A stretch of 64,000 bases of DNA from Alphaproteobacteria bacterium (lineage in GTDB: Bacteria > Pseudomonadota > Alphaproteobacteria > RF32 > CAG-239): contig CAAGHP010000016.1 of assembly GCA_900769705.1 (NCBI GenBank), positions 13,210 to 77,209 on the forward strand, in the 5' to 3' direction. Every line of letters starts with the position of its first letter. Position 1 is the stretch's first letter. Below, in pieces: positions 46,404-56,037 of this stretch. A model generated the notes under the pieces. It did not search any database. It saw only the letters and a list, made by a program, of their open reading frames with translations, and was not told where the DNA came from. The translations under genes and the position numbers were made by a program.

Positions 46404-47249
46404 ATGGAACAGAAAGTTATAAAAGTCGGTAAGGTTGAAATCGGCAATAAACTGCCTCTGGCAATTATTGCCGGCCCGTGTCAAATCGAAAGTCGCCAGC
46501 ATGCAATTTTTATTGCCGGTAAAATGGTGGAAATTGCTGAAAAACTCGGTGTTCCATATATTTTTAAGGCTTCTTTCGATAAAGCCAATCGTACTTCAAT
46601 TAACAGTGCGCGCGGTGTTGGATTGGAAGAAGGCATGCGTACTTTTGAAGAAATCCGCAAATTATATCCTGATTTGCCGCTTTTGACCGATATTCATGAA
46701 CGCGAGCAATGTTCGATTGTCGCTCAATATGTAGATATGCTGCAAATTCCGGCGTTTTTATGCCGCCAGACTGATTTGGTGGTGGCTGCGGCAAAAACCG
46801 GTAAAGTGGTTAATATTAAAAAAGGTCAATTTTTGGCACCGTGGGATGTAAAAAACATTGTAAAAAAAGTTGAAGATTCCGGCAACTTTAATATTTGCGT
46901 GACCGAGCGCGGCACCAGTTTCGGCTATAACACTTTGGTAACAGATATGCGTGCATTTCCGCAAATTGCCAAAGATTGCGGATATCCGCTTATTTTTGAC
47001 GCTACTCATTCGGTTCAGCAGCCGGGAGGTCTTGGCGGCTGTACCGGAGGTCAGCGTGAGTTTGCTCCGGTTTTGGCGCGTGCGGCGGTGGCAGTGGGTG
47101 TAGCTGCCGTATTTATTGAAACGCATGAAAATCCGGAAAAGGCTTTGTCTGACGGGCCAAACTCTATTTATCTGTCGGATATGGAAAGAGTTATCAGCGA
47201 GTTGATGGCGTTTGATAAGGTTAATAAATCTATAATTCATGAGTATTAA
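46404..47249 (+). CDS. kdsA: 3-deoxy-8-phosphooctulonate (KDO8P) synthase
   Basis: 281 aa; DAHP/KDO8P synthase fold motifs 'KASFDKANRTS', 'DATHSVQ'. Confidence 0.85.
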   Translation: MEQKVIKVGKVEIGNKLPLAIIAGPCQIESRQHAIFIAGKMVEIAEKLGVPYIFKASFDKANRTSINSARGVGLEEGMRTFEEIRKLYPDLPLLTDIHEREQCSIVAQYVDMLQIPAFLCRQTDLVVAAAKTGKVVNIKKGQFLAPWDVKNIVKKVEDSGNFNICVTERGTSFGYNTLVTDMRAFPQIAKDCGYPLIFDATHSVQQPGGLGGCTGGQREFAPVLARAAVAVGVAAVFIETHENPEKALSDGPNSIYLSDMERVISELMAFDKVNKSIIHEY

Positions 47250-47255
47250 GCTAAA

Positions 47256-47990
47256 ATGCAGTTCAGCGGCGAAGGATATATTATAAAGCTGAAAAATCAC
47301 GGTGAAAAGTCGATGATTGCTACTTTAGTATGTCCTGAACACGGCAAAATTGTCGGCTTTATTAACGGAGCGCACAGCAAACGCGGCTTGGGTATTTATC
47401 AGCTTGGCAACTATATTTCTTTTAATGCTTATGCGCGGGTTGAAGAAAATATGCTAAGTCTGAAAGGCGTGGAACTGATGGAAGCGCATACGGCGGATTT
47501 TATGCTGGATACCGATAAAATCGGCGCGCTTTCTTCGCTTTGCCGGCTGTTGGATGTCTGTGTAGCCGAAAATGATAATTTAGGCAGTTTTTACAAAGTG
47601 ATAAAAGATTTTTTTCAGCATATTCATGAGGATAATTGGCTGGTATATTATTCATTTTTTGAATATTATCTGCTGGATTTTTTAGGTGTTGGGCTGGATG
47701 TGAGCGAATGCGCTGTAACCGGCAAAACCAATGATTTATCATACATATCTCCAAAAACAGGATGCGCCGTGTGCACAAAAGTCGGAGAGCCTTATAAGGA
47801 CAAGCTCTATGCTTATCCGCACTATATTGTAGATAAAAACTACCGTCCGCAGCGTGCCGAAGTGGCAGATTTACTGGCAATGACCGGAGGATTTTTGACA
47901 AAAAATTTTTTAGCCGGACATAACTTGCAATTACCGGAAAAACGTGCTAATTTGCTGAACAGTGTTAAAAAATATCAGATGAAAATGTAG
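47256..47990 (+). CDS. recO: DNA repair protein RecO
   Basis: 244 aa; OB-fold N-terminus plus Cys4 zinc motif 'C..TG.......C..C' in the RecO arrangement. Confidence 0.65.
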   Translation: MQFSGEGYIIKLKNHGEKSMIATLVCPEHGKIVGFINGAHSKRGLGIYQLGNYISFNAYARVEENMLSLKGVELMEAHTADFMLDTDKIGALSSLCRLLDVCVAENDNLGSFYKVIKDFFQHIHEDNWLVYYSFFEYYLLDFLGVGLDVSECAVTGKTNDLSYISPKTGCAVCTKVGEPYKDKLYAYPHYIVDKNYRPQRAEVADLLAMTGGFLTKNFLAGHNLQLPEKRANLLNSVKKYQMKM

Positions 47991-47997
47991 GTGAAAA

Positions 47998-50217
47998 ATG
48001 GTTGAAGAAAATGCCAAAATAAAAGATGTGCAATTGGGCGAGGAACTTAGCAAACGCTATTTGTCGTATGCCATGTCAACCATTGTTTCGCGTTCGTTGC
48101 CTGATGTGCGCGATGGTTTGAAGCCTGTGCATCGCCGTTTGATGTATGCAATGAGGCAACTGCACTTAGACCCGAAAAACGGCTTTAAGAAATGCGCACG
48201 TGTAGTCGGCGACGTTATCGGTAAATATCACCCGCACGGCGATACGGCGGTTTACGGCGCAATGGTGCGTTTGGCGCAGGATTTCTCGGTGCGCTATCCG
48301 TTGGTCGACGGGCAGGGCAATTTTGGCAATATTGATGGCGACGGCGCAGCGGCTATGCGTTATACCGAAGCTCGTTTGACAGAGTTTGCCATGGATTTGA
48401 TGGACGGTTTAAACGATGATGCCGTCGATTTTATGGATACGTATGACGGCGAAGACAGCGAACCGGTTGTGATGCCGGCGATGGTACCAAACTTGCTGTG
48501 CAACGGTTCTATGGGTATTGCTGTGGGTATGGCAACCAACATCCCTCCGCATAATTTGAGTGAAATAAGCGATGCTTTGCTGTATCTTATAGAAAATCCT
48601 GATTGTGACGATGAACCGTTGGTGCGCCGTTTAAAAGGCCCTGACTTTCCGACCGGAGGAGTGATTGTTGATTCGTTTGACACTATTTTGAATAATTATA
48701 AACAAGGCAAGGGAAGTTTTCGTATCCGCGCCAAGTGGACAACCGAAGATTTGGGGCACGGACAGTATCAAATTGTAGTAACAGAGATTCCGTATCAGGT
48801 AATTAAGTCCAAATTGATTGAAAAAATTGCTGAACTGCTGCTAAATAAAAAACTGCCTTTTTTAAGCGATGTGCGCGATGAATCGGCGCAAGACGTGCGT
48901 ATTGTGCTGGAACCTAAAAACCGCACGGTTGACGCCGCTATGCTGATGGAGCAATTATTCCGCCAAACCGATTTGGAAGCTAAATTCAATATGAATATGA
49001 ACGTGTTGGATTTAGACTGTGTGCCGAGAGTTATGAGCATCAAAGAAGTACTGCATGATTATTTGGTGCACCGCAATGATGTTTTGCTGCGTAAAATTAA
49101 GTTCCGTTTGAGTAAAATCAATGCGCGTTTGGAAATTTTGGAAGGCTATTTGACCGCTTATTTGAATTTGGATGAAATTATCCGTATAATTCGTGAAGAA
49201 GACGAGCCGAAAAAAGTGATGATGGCAGAATTTAAGCTGACAGATAATCAAGCTGAAGCTATTTTGAATATGAAACTGCGTAACTTGCGCAAGCTTGATG
49301 AAGAACAGATTAACGCCGAACATTCGGATTTGCTGGAAGAAAAGGCCAAATTGGAAATTTTGCATGACGATGAATCGCAGCGCTGGAAGGCTATTGCCGA
49401 AGAAATTAAAAAGACTAAAGAAAAATACAGTAAAAAAACGGCTCTGGGCCGCCGTCGCACCGAATTTGCCGAAGCTCCGGCGGATATAGATGTTCCGGTG
49501 GAAGCACTGATAGAAAAAGAGCCGATTACGGTTATTTTGTCGCAAAAAGGCTGGATACGCTGCATTAAAGGACATGTGGATTTGAATGACGACTTTAAGT
49601 TCAAAGACGATGATGCTTTGCTGTATGCTATACATGCTCAGACTACCGATAAAATTGTGTTGCTGGATAATAAGGGTAAATTCTTTAATGTCGCAGCAAA
49701 AGATATTCCTAGCGGTCGCGGTTTCGGACAGCCGGTGCGTCTGATGATAGATTTAGCCAATAATGATGAAGTTATTTCTATGTTTGTTTATGAGCAGGGA
49801 GTAAATTATTTGATTGCTTCTGATAAGGGGTACGGATTTATTGTGGACGAAAATCATCTGTTGGCACAAACCCGCAGCGGACGTAAAATTATGAACGTGG
49901 CTGACGGCGAAAATATGAAATTCTGCTTGCCAATGACCGGCGATTATGTGGCTGTAGTTGGTGAAAACCGCCGCTTATTGGTGTTTAAGGCCGAAGAAAT
50001 TCCGACTATGGCGCGCGGTCATGGCGTATTGCTGCAAAAGTTTAAGGACGGCAATATTTCCGATATTCAAATTTTCAAAGGCGAAGACGGCTTCAGTTAT
50101 AACCGCGCCGGCGGAATTAGTACTGAAAAAGAGCTTATCGGCTGGCTGGGGCATCGGGCACAAATCGGTAAAGTTGTGCCTTTCGGCTTCCCTAAGAGCA
50201 ATAAATTTCTAAAATAA
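47998..50217 (+). CDS. parC: DNA topoisomerase IV subunit A
   Basis: Type IIA topoisomerase A-subunit '[11 protein letters not shown]' active-site Tyr region; 739 aa (ParC length rather than GyrA). Confidence 0.75.
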   Translation: MVEENAKIKDVQLGEELSKRYLSYAMSTIVSRSLPDVRDGLKPVHRRLMYAMRQLHLDPKNGFKKCARVVGDVIGKYHPHGDTAVYGAMVRLAQDFSVRYPLVDGQGNFGNIDGDGAAAMRYTEARLTEFAMDLMDGLNDDAVDFMDTYDGEDSEPVVMPAMVPNLLCNGSMGIAVGMATNIPPHNLSEISDALLYLIENPDCDDEPLVRRLKGPDFPTGGVIVDSFDTILNNYKQGKGSFRIRAKWTTEDLGHGQYQIVVTEIPYQVIKSKLIEKIAELLLNKKLPFLSDVRDESAQDVRIVLEPKNRTVDAAMLMEQLFRQTDLEAKFNMNMNVLDLDCVPRVMSIKEVLHDYLVHRNDVLLRKIKFRLSKINARLEILEGYLTAYLNLDEIIRIIREEDEPKKVMMAEFKLTDNQAEAILNMKLRNLRKLDEEQINAEHSDLLEEKAKLEILHDDESQRWKAIAEEIKKTKEKYSKKTALGRRRTEFAEAPADIDVPVEALIEKEPITVILSQKGWIRCIKGHVDLNDDFKFKDDDALLYAIHAQTTDKIVLLDNKGKFFNVAAKDIPSGRGFGQPVRLMIDLANNDEVISMFVYEQGVNYLIASDKGYGFIVDENHLLAQTRSGRKIMNVADGENMKFCLPMTGDYVAVVGENRRLLVFKAEEIPTMARGHGVLLQKFKDGNISDIQIFKGEDGFSYNRAGGISTEKELIGWLGHRAQIGKVVPFGFPKSNKFLK

Positions 50218-50220
50218 TCA

Positions 50221-50257
50221 AAAAAAAATCTGCGTTGATTCGCAGATTTTTTTTTAC
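50221..50257. terminator. bidirectional intrinsic terminator after parC
   Basis: 'aaaaaaaatctgcg-ttgatt-cgcagattttttttt'. Confidence 0.6.
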
Positions 50258-50340
50258 GCTAATTTAAACTTGACAAAAACAATCAATCTCGCTACTTTAT
50301 AAAATATAATTTATATTATTAACTTTTATATTTTTGTTTT

Positions 50341-50799
50341 ATGGGACAGTTATCTAAATTTGCGACGCCTATGCCTTTGGTATATGCTCATGGCGACAAT
50401 CTTTCGATTGTTTCGGAATTGGATTTGTCAAATAAGGACAGTCTGATTGGTATTAAACTGGACAGATTTACATTGTCTTTAACGCAGGATTTGGTTTCTT
50501 GGTATAACGCCTATTGGCTGATTGAGCAGAATTGTTTGCTGCACAAAACTCCGCGTTTGCCTGATGAAACAGACTGCTACAATATGATGCGCGATGTCGA
50601 TAGAATCAATGCTACATTGCAAATTTTGAAAGAGCAGGGTATTCGTGCTGATTTGCTGGATGTGGAAGGTATTTATTGGCTGCGTACAGAGTATTCGCGT
50701 GTTAAGTCATTTGCTTATATGATGAAAGAGCGTCTGAAGACACTGCGTGAAAAGTTTGATGATAATTCTTGCTGGGCCAGAATGATTTGGTATAACTAA
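50341..50799 (+). CDS. hypothetical protein, member 1 of a tandem paralog triplet
   Basis: 152 aa; shares an 'MPL(V/L)(Y/F)' segment and acidic/aromatic block with the next two ORFs (weak). Confidence 0.35.
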   Translation: MGQLSKFATPMPLVYAHGDNLSIVSELDLSNKDSLIGIKLDRFTLSLTQDLVSWYNAYWLIEQNCLLHKTPRLPDETDCYNMMRDVDRINATLQILKEQGIRADLLDVEGIYWLRTEYSRVKSFAYMMKERLKTLREKFDDNSCWARMIWYN

Positions 50800-50805
50800 A
50801 TTTTT

Positions 50806-51336
50806 ATGTCTATGAGTTCAAAAAATTCTAAGTTTTTCGTTATGGCAGCTTCTTTGTATAAACAGCTTTCTAAGCCGGAATTTTTTAAGCTGGATTTTGA
50901 AAAGCTGCAGGGAGCGCTGCTTCATTATGAAGCCTTAAAATTGACAAAGGCACTGATTCAAAACAGAAAAATGCCTTTGCTGTTTCCGTCAAACAATGCG
51001 GCGGAGGTGCTGAAATTTATGGCTGAACATTCGTATGGAACTGGTAATGATTTTTGTCATTGCTACTGTTCGCAGGACGAATTATGGAAAATGGTGCAGG
51101 CAGAAGATGACTACAACTGGTTTAAGGCCGCCGTTTCTGCCGATAAAGCTGATGATGTTTTAGGAAAATGGGCGGGGCTTATTACCGACTATGTTGCATC
51201 TCGCGGCAATTTTCCTAAGTCGCGCAAAAACATGTATGTGGCTGTGCTGACTTTAGATATTGAAGCTTTTGGAATGGTCTGCTCGTCAGCTTTCTTTTGC
51301 TGCTCATTTTTGAAAACTATGAAATTGCATGAATAA
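50806..51336 (+). CDS. hypothetical protein, member 2 of a tandem paralog triplet
   Basis: 176 aa; 'MPLLFPSNNAAEVL' and 'DELWKMVQAEDDYNWFKAAV...GKWAGLITDYV' align with 'GIMFPDKNVAALF' and 'AFLKMISSDEDYVHFKSLV...EKWCRMIRNTV' of the next ORF. Confidence 0.4.
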   Translation: MSMSSKNSKFFVMAASLYKQLSKPEFFKLDFEKLQGALLHYEALKLTKALIQNRKMPLLFPSNNAAEVLKFMAEHSYGTGNDFCHCYCSQDELWKMVQAEDDYNWFKAAVSADKADDVLGKWAGLITDYVASRGNFPKSRKNMYVAVLTLDIEAFGMVCSSAFFCCSFLKTMKLHE

Positions 51337-51345
51337 GATTAAAAA

Positions 51346-51378
51346 AACTTCCGATATTTAGTATCGGAAGTTTTTTTG
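51346..51378 (+). terminator. intrinsic terminator (hairpin identical to the one at 52041-52073)
   Basis: 'aacttccgatat-ttag-tatcggaagtt' plus 'tttttttg'. Confidence 0.55.
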
Positions 51379-51390
51379 TTAAATCAGAAT

Positions 51391-51419
51391 TTGACAAAAA
51401 TAAAAAAATAGGTTATACA
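51391..51419 (+). promoter_or_regulatory. sigma70-like promoter for the 51455 gene
   Basis: 'ttgaca' (-35), 17-nt spacer, 'tataca' (-10). Confidence 0.4.
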
Positions 51420-51454
51420 TTAACCATAATATTTATTATTTATTTTATTTTTTT

Positions 51455-52027
51455 ATGACAGATATTAAAAATTTTGTAAAAACTGTCAAAGAGTTTAATT
51501 CTCAGTTGACAGCAAAGATATTTACCGGCTTTGATTATGACTTTATTAACAAAGTTATAGTGTATTATTTTATACACAATAATGCCGGTATTATGTTTCC
51601 TGATAAAAACGTTGCAGCGTTGTTTGATAATCAACTGGCAGATAGCGGTTTTAGATCTTTTAAGGTAGATAAAGATGCTTTTTTGAAAATGATATCATCC
51701 GATGAGGATTATGTTCATTTCAAATCTTTAGTTTTGCCTAAGAACGGCGATATACTTCTTGAAAAATGGTGCCGCATGATTCGCAACACTGTTGACCGCA
51801 ATGTTAAATCAACGATGTCAACAAAGCTCGGACGCCATTCTATACCAGAAAAAACTATTGAGGTGATGATGGCTAAAGGTTTGTATAAAACGACAGAAGA
51901 AGCTAGAGCCGGCTATATTGAATCTCAAAAGCTGACAAAGTTTATTATGGGAACTTTTATATTTATGAGGGCAAGCTCTTATGTTTTTAGCTTTTTCAAA
52001 GAACAAGCCGAAAAGAAAAATGCTTGA
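51455..52027 (+). CDS. hypothetical protein, member 3 of a tandem paralog triplet
   Basis: 190 aa; paralogous to 50806-51336 (see above). Confidence 0.4.
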   Translation: MTDIKNFVKTVKEFNSQLTAKIFTGFDYDFINKVIVYYFIHNNAGIMFPDKNVAALFDNQLADSGFRSFKVDKDAFLKMISSDEDYVHFKSLVLPKNGDILLEKWCRMIRNTVDRNVKSTMSTKLGRHSIPEKTIEVMMAKGLYKTTEEARAGYIESQKLTKFIMGTFIFMRASSYVFSFFKEQAEKKNA

Positions 52028-52040
52028 AACTGCAACAAAA

Positions 52041-52073
52041 AACTTCCGATATTTTGTATCGGAAGTTTTTTTG
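52041..52073 (+). terminator. intrinsic terminator (same hairpin sequence as 51346-51378)
   Basis: 'aacttccgatat-tttg-tatcggaagtt' plus 'tttttttg'. Confidence 0.55.
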
Positions 52074-52246
52074 TCTTCAGAAAAAACACGTTGTTAACTG
52101 TTTCCTGATGAACTTCTTCCTTAAAGGGGGATTTCCTCTTTCTGGGGTACAGTTCATAAAATGCGTTGGTCTCTTTTTTATATCTTCAGTATTGATAAAT
52201 AATTTCAAAACATTCACATCTCTTACCTTGTATTTACTTGCGCAAA

Positions 52247-52903
52247 CTACAGGATAATCGTCAAGGCGCATCTTTTTGTTTTATCACAAGAGGAACACAT
52301 TGATTTCATTTTAGATAAAGTCATTGTGTTCAAACACGGACGACCGGTACTGCAAAAAGTGTCACCGTAGTAATACCCATTGCCGCCGGGCATTAAAATT
52401 CCTCTTATGGTATAATGAAGTGGCACCGCGATTTTATCCAAAACTTCAAAACATAAATTTCCGTTAAAGTTAGCTGCGATTTTTTCACCTTTGTCATTTT
52501 CCGTCAACCCGCCGAATATAAAGTCAATAATAATCCCCGATTCCTCTGGACTGGCATATCCGTACGCATTGCTGTACTCTCTGTAAAACGTACCAATAAA
52601 ATTTCCATAATTATCCTGTATATATTGAGATGAAATTTTTTGCCAAGTGTTGGGTATTAAATTTAAAGAAATCAACATATCAGACAAAAAAACTTGACCT
52701 TTTAGCTGCTCTTGCAAATTTTGTCTGTATTCCAACAGCCCGAAAATTAAATTATTATAATCGGTTATCAGTTTATTTATCTTGTACTTTTCCATAGCTT
52801 TTGAATATCCGGCGATACCACCTACACTAAGTACTGCGATAATCGCCAGAACGCCCAACATCTCAATCATACTGCGCCCGTTTTCTATAAATTTTTTGTA
52901 CAT
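52247..52903 (-). CDS. prepilin-like protein, paralog 4
   Basis: 'MYKKFIENG|RSMIEMLGVLAIIAVLSVGGIAGYSKAMEKYKINK'; C-terminal 'CSTGRPCLNTMTLSKMKSMCSSCDKTKRC'. Confidence 0.5.
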   Translation of the reverse strand: MYKKFIENGRSMIEMLGVLAIIAVLSVGGIAGYSKAMEKYKINKLITDYNNLIFGLLEYRQNLQEQLKGQVFLSDMLISLNLIPNTWQKISSQYIQDNYGNFIGTFYREYSNAYGYASPEESGIIIDFIFGGLTENDKGEKIAANFNGNLCFEVLDKIAVPLHYTIRGILMPGGNGYYYGDTFCSTGRPCLNTMTLSKMKSMCSSCDKTKRCALTIIL

Positions 52904-52932
52904 ATTTCTAACTCCGTTTATTTTGTTACACT

Positions 52933-53112
52933 AAAAACAAAACCCGCTGTTTTAAGCGGGCGGATGTTAGCAAACCGTATCAGTATAAACGGCTCGGCTT
53001 ATTCAGCGCTTAGCCTTATTTAGCCGACATCCGTCCAACGGAAATCGGCATAACAAATTTTAAGTCGTTTATGCAAAAACGACTATACTGATAAAGGGTT
53101 GCTACACCCTAA
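52933..53112 (-). promoter_or_regulatory. conserved structured 5' leader element, copy C, with terminator hairpin, upstream of prepilin-like paralog 4
   Basis: Aligns with copies A and B. Terminator 'cccgct-taaaac-agcggg' plus 'ttttgttttt'. Internal hairpin 'agtcgttt-ttgcat-aaacgact'. Confidence 0.45.
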
Positions 53113-53271
53113 AAGCATTATCGTGCTTTCAGCAATCAGTTTAACTAAACAAACAAAAAATGTAAAGCTTAAAATTGTAATGCTCTATAAAACATCCACG
53201 CCGTTATTTTTCTATTTTAAACGGTATTAACTTTTATCAGAAAAGGTAACAAAGCAATTTTATATCGCCGG

Positions 53272-53712
53272 TTACTCAAAATTTTCAACGCTGCGGTGAT
53301 GTGTTTCAAAATCTTTTACCACAATCGTGGTTACATCGGCCTTTGAATATTTTTGAAAAATCAAACCGTGCCCAAGACATTGCCCAACGTTGATATTAAA
53401 TTCCGTTCCGCAGTCATTAAGATAGTCTGCCTGTGAAATCGGGTCGCAGGACGGCCCTTTTAGCTTTGGCGAAATTGTTTCGCCTTCCAAACCACTGTCG
53501 CGGCAGCTCATTGAATATACTTCAAATCCGGCTTGCTCTAAAATTTCTTTAAGGTGGGATGCATATTTCTGCATAAAAAAGCAATTAGCAATGCCAAGTT
53601 TGTGATATCCGCTAAGCTTTGCAAAATCAATCAGTTCTTTTAGGCGCGATTTATTACAGGCGAGGGCTGAAATATTCATTCTTTTAATATCGTCGTCCGT
53701 GTATTCTGTCAT
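53272..53712 (-). CDS. hypothetical Cys-rich protein
   Basis: 146 aa with Cys at 'ACNKS', 'ANCFF', 'SCRDSG', 'SCDP', 'DCGTE', 'QCLGHG'; possible metal-binding; family not recognised. Confidence 0.35.
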   Translation of the reverse strand: MTEYTDDDIKRMNISALACNKSRLKELIDFAKLSGYHKLGIANCFFMQKYASHLKEILEQAGFEVYSMSCRDSGLEGETISPKLKGPSCDPISQADYLNDCGTEFNINVGQCLGHGLIFQKYSKADVTTIVVKDFETHHRSVENFE

Positions 53713-53746
53713 ATAAATCTCCTTGTGACTGATTGATTTAGAAGGT

Positions 53747-55831
53747 TTACTGGTCTAGGAATGAACGCAGGCGCTTAGAACGGCTAGGGTGTTTCAGCTT
53801 GCGCAAAGCTTTGGCCTCAATCTGGCGGATGCGTTCACGCGTAACGTTAAATTGCTTACCGACTTCTTCCAAGGTGTGATCGGTGTTCATGCCGATACCG
53901 AAACGCATACGCAAAACACGCTCTTCTCTTGGTGTTAAAGAAGACAGGATTTTAGTGCAGGTTTCTTTCAGATTGGAATGAATAGCCACATCCAAAGGCT
54001 GTAAAGCGCTTTCATCGGCAATAAAATCGCCAAGCGAAGAATCTTCTTCATCGCCGACCGGAGCCTCCAGGCTAACCGGCTCTTTGGCAATTTTCATCAC
54101 CTTGCGGATTTTATCCAAAGGCATAGACAAACGTTTAGCCAATTCTTCAGGTACCGGCTCGCGTCCCATTTCCGAAAGCATCTGACGTGAAGTCCGCACA
54201 AGTTTGTTGATTGTTTCTATCATGTGAACCGGAATACGAATTGTACGGGCTTGGTCGGCAATAGAGCGTGTGATAGCTTGTCTAATCCACCATGTTGCAT
54301 AAGTAGAAAACTTGTAGCCGCGGCGATATTCAAATTTATCTACGGCTTTCATCAAACCGATGTTGCCTTCTTGAATCAAATCTAAGAACTGCATACCGCG
54401 GTTTGTGTATTTTTTAGCAATAGAAATAACCAAGCGCAGGTTGGCTTCAATCATTTCTTTTTTAGCACGTTCGGCCTCTCGTTCGCCTTTTTTGATGGTA
54501 TCAACCATTTTGCGGTATTCGCTTATCGGCAGACCGCATTCCTGAGCCATTTGTGCCACATTACTGCGGATTTCAATTATTTCATCTTTATATTTTGAAA
54601 TAAACGCTGCCCAATGCTTATCTTTTTTGAGCGAAATTTTTTCGAGCCAATTCGGATCCAATTCTGATTTTTGATAAGCGTCCAAAAAGTCTTCGCGTTT
54701 GATTTTGCAGGCGAGGGCATAGCGCAAAAGCTTGCCTTCCTGTCCCATCAGACGTTTGTTCATTTCATTAAGCTGTTCCACCAGCTGTTCAACTTTATTG
54801 CTGTTCAGGTGAATTGAACTCATTAGTTCTACCAGCTCTTTTTTGAGTTTAAGATATTTTTTCTCGGTTGCCGGAATAATTTTGCGTCCGGCCAAAATTG
54901 TTGCCATACGCTGGCTTTGTACTTTTTTTAAATCATCATAATAGCTGGCTATTTTGTTCAAAGTTTCCAAAACAGGCTCCAACAGCATGCTTTCCATGGC
55001 AGAAACAGAGGTGGAAACGTGTCCGACACCTTCGCCGTCTTCTTCCTCGCTGCTTTCGCTGTTTTCATCTTCATCATCAAGACTTTCCATACCGTCGTCG
55101 GCATCTTCCATGTCATCGGTAACATCGCTGTCAAGCTCAATGTCAGTATCTAAATCATCATCAATTTCATCCAGATTTTTTTCATTGAGTTCTTTGGTAA
55201 CTTTTTCCAAGTCGTCAACTCCGGTGTTTTCCGGCTCATCGTCATAGACCATGGCTTCGGTGTCATCACCGTACATAACTTCCAAATCAACAATATCGCG
55301 CAGCTGCATTGTTCCGGCAACCAGCTCGTCGCGCCAATCAGAAATGGCCTTAATAGTCATCGGACTTTCGCAAAGTCCGCCTATCATTACGGTTTTGCCG
55401 GCTTCAATACGTTTGGAAATAGCAATTTCGCCTTCGCGGGAAAGCAGCTCGACCAGCCCCATTTCTTTCAAATACATGCGAACCGGATCATCAGAATGAC
55501 CGACATCTTTGGTGTCAATATTTCCGACATCGGTATCGTTGTCATCTTCATTTTCATAATCATATTCGTTAGAGTCTTCCTCTTCACTTTCATCAACATC
55601 CGAATCGGATATAATGTTGATGCCCATATCAGAAATAGAAGACATAATATCTTCGAGTTTGTCTGAAGACTGTTTATCCGGCGGAAGGACTTTATTAAGC
55701 TCTTCCATTGTGATATACCCAAGATTTTTACCTTTGGCGAGAAGGTGTCTGAAGGCTGTACTCATAGCTTCGGTATTAACGGAGTCTGCGCCATCGTTTT
55801 CGTACAAGTCTTGATTTTCTTTATCTGACAT
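53747..55831 (-). CDS. rpoD: RNA polymerase sigma factor RpoD (sigma-70) with long acidic non-conserved region
   Basis: Regions 2-4 present, including '[57 protein letters not shown]'; Asp/Glu-rich insertion. Confidence 0.9.
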   Translation of the reverse strand: MSDKENQDLYENDGADSVNTEAMSTAFRHLLAKGKNLGYITMEELNKVLPPDKQSSDKLEDIMSSISDMGINIISDSDVDESEEEDSNEYDYENEDDNDTDVGNIDTKDVGHSDDPVRMYLKEMGLVELLSREGEIAISKRIEAGKTVMIGGLCESPMTIKAISDWRDELVAGTMQLRDIVDLEVMYGDDTEAMVYDDEPENTGVDDLEKVTKELNEKNLDEIDDDLDTDIELDSDVTDDMEDADDGMESLDDEDENSESSEEEDGEGVGHVSTSVSAMESMLLEPVLETLNKIASYYDDLKKVQSQRMATILAGRKIIPATEKKYLKLKKELVELMSSIHLNSNKVEQLVEQLNEMNKRLMGQEGKLLRYALACKIKREDFLDAYQKSELDPNWLEKISLKKDKHWAAFISKYKDEIIEIRSNVAQMAQECGLPISEYRKMVDTIKKGEREAERAKKEMIEANLRLVISIAKKYTNRGMQFLDLIQEGNIGLMKAVDKFEYRRGYKFSTYATWWIRQAITRSIADQARTIRIPVHMIETINKLVRTSRQMLSEMGREPVPEELAKRLSMPLDKIRKVMKIAKEPVSLEAPVGDEEDSSLGDFIADESALQPLDVAIHSNLKETCTKILSSLTPREERVLRMRFGIGMNTDHTLEEVGKQFNVTRERIRQIEAKALRKLKHPSRSKRLRSFLDQ

Positions 55832-56037
55832 AACGTTCCTTAAAAAAATCGATTTTTATCCTTAACGGACAACATAAATTGCTAGCGACTAATTTTTAGT
55901 TAATTTTATTTAATTTGTCAATATGTGCTTTTCAATATTCGTCAATTTTTTAATAAATTTAATTTAGCTTGCATTTATAAAATGATGTTTTATGCTTTGA
56001 GCAATAATCAAACAGAGAAATTTTAAAGATAATTACA

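Noticed and set aside
18529-52903. Shufflon/site-specific inversion system generating pilin variants, with the serine invertase at 57430-58092 as the recombinase
   Set aside because: The four paralogs are 10-20 kb apart with housekeeping genes between them. There are no inverted crossover repeats at their conserved/variable junctions, and each has its own start codon and leader.
54898-55499. Three antisense ORFs (74-97 aa) inside rpoD, Ser/Pro-rich
   Set aside because: They are mirror-frame artefacts of the Asp/Glu-rich acidic insertion of RpoD (GAx/GAA repeats read on the opposite strand). No RBS or independent signals.
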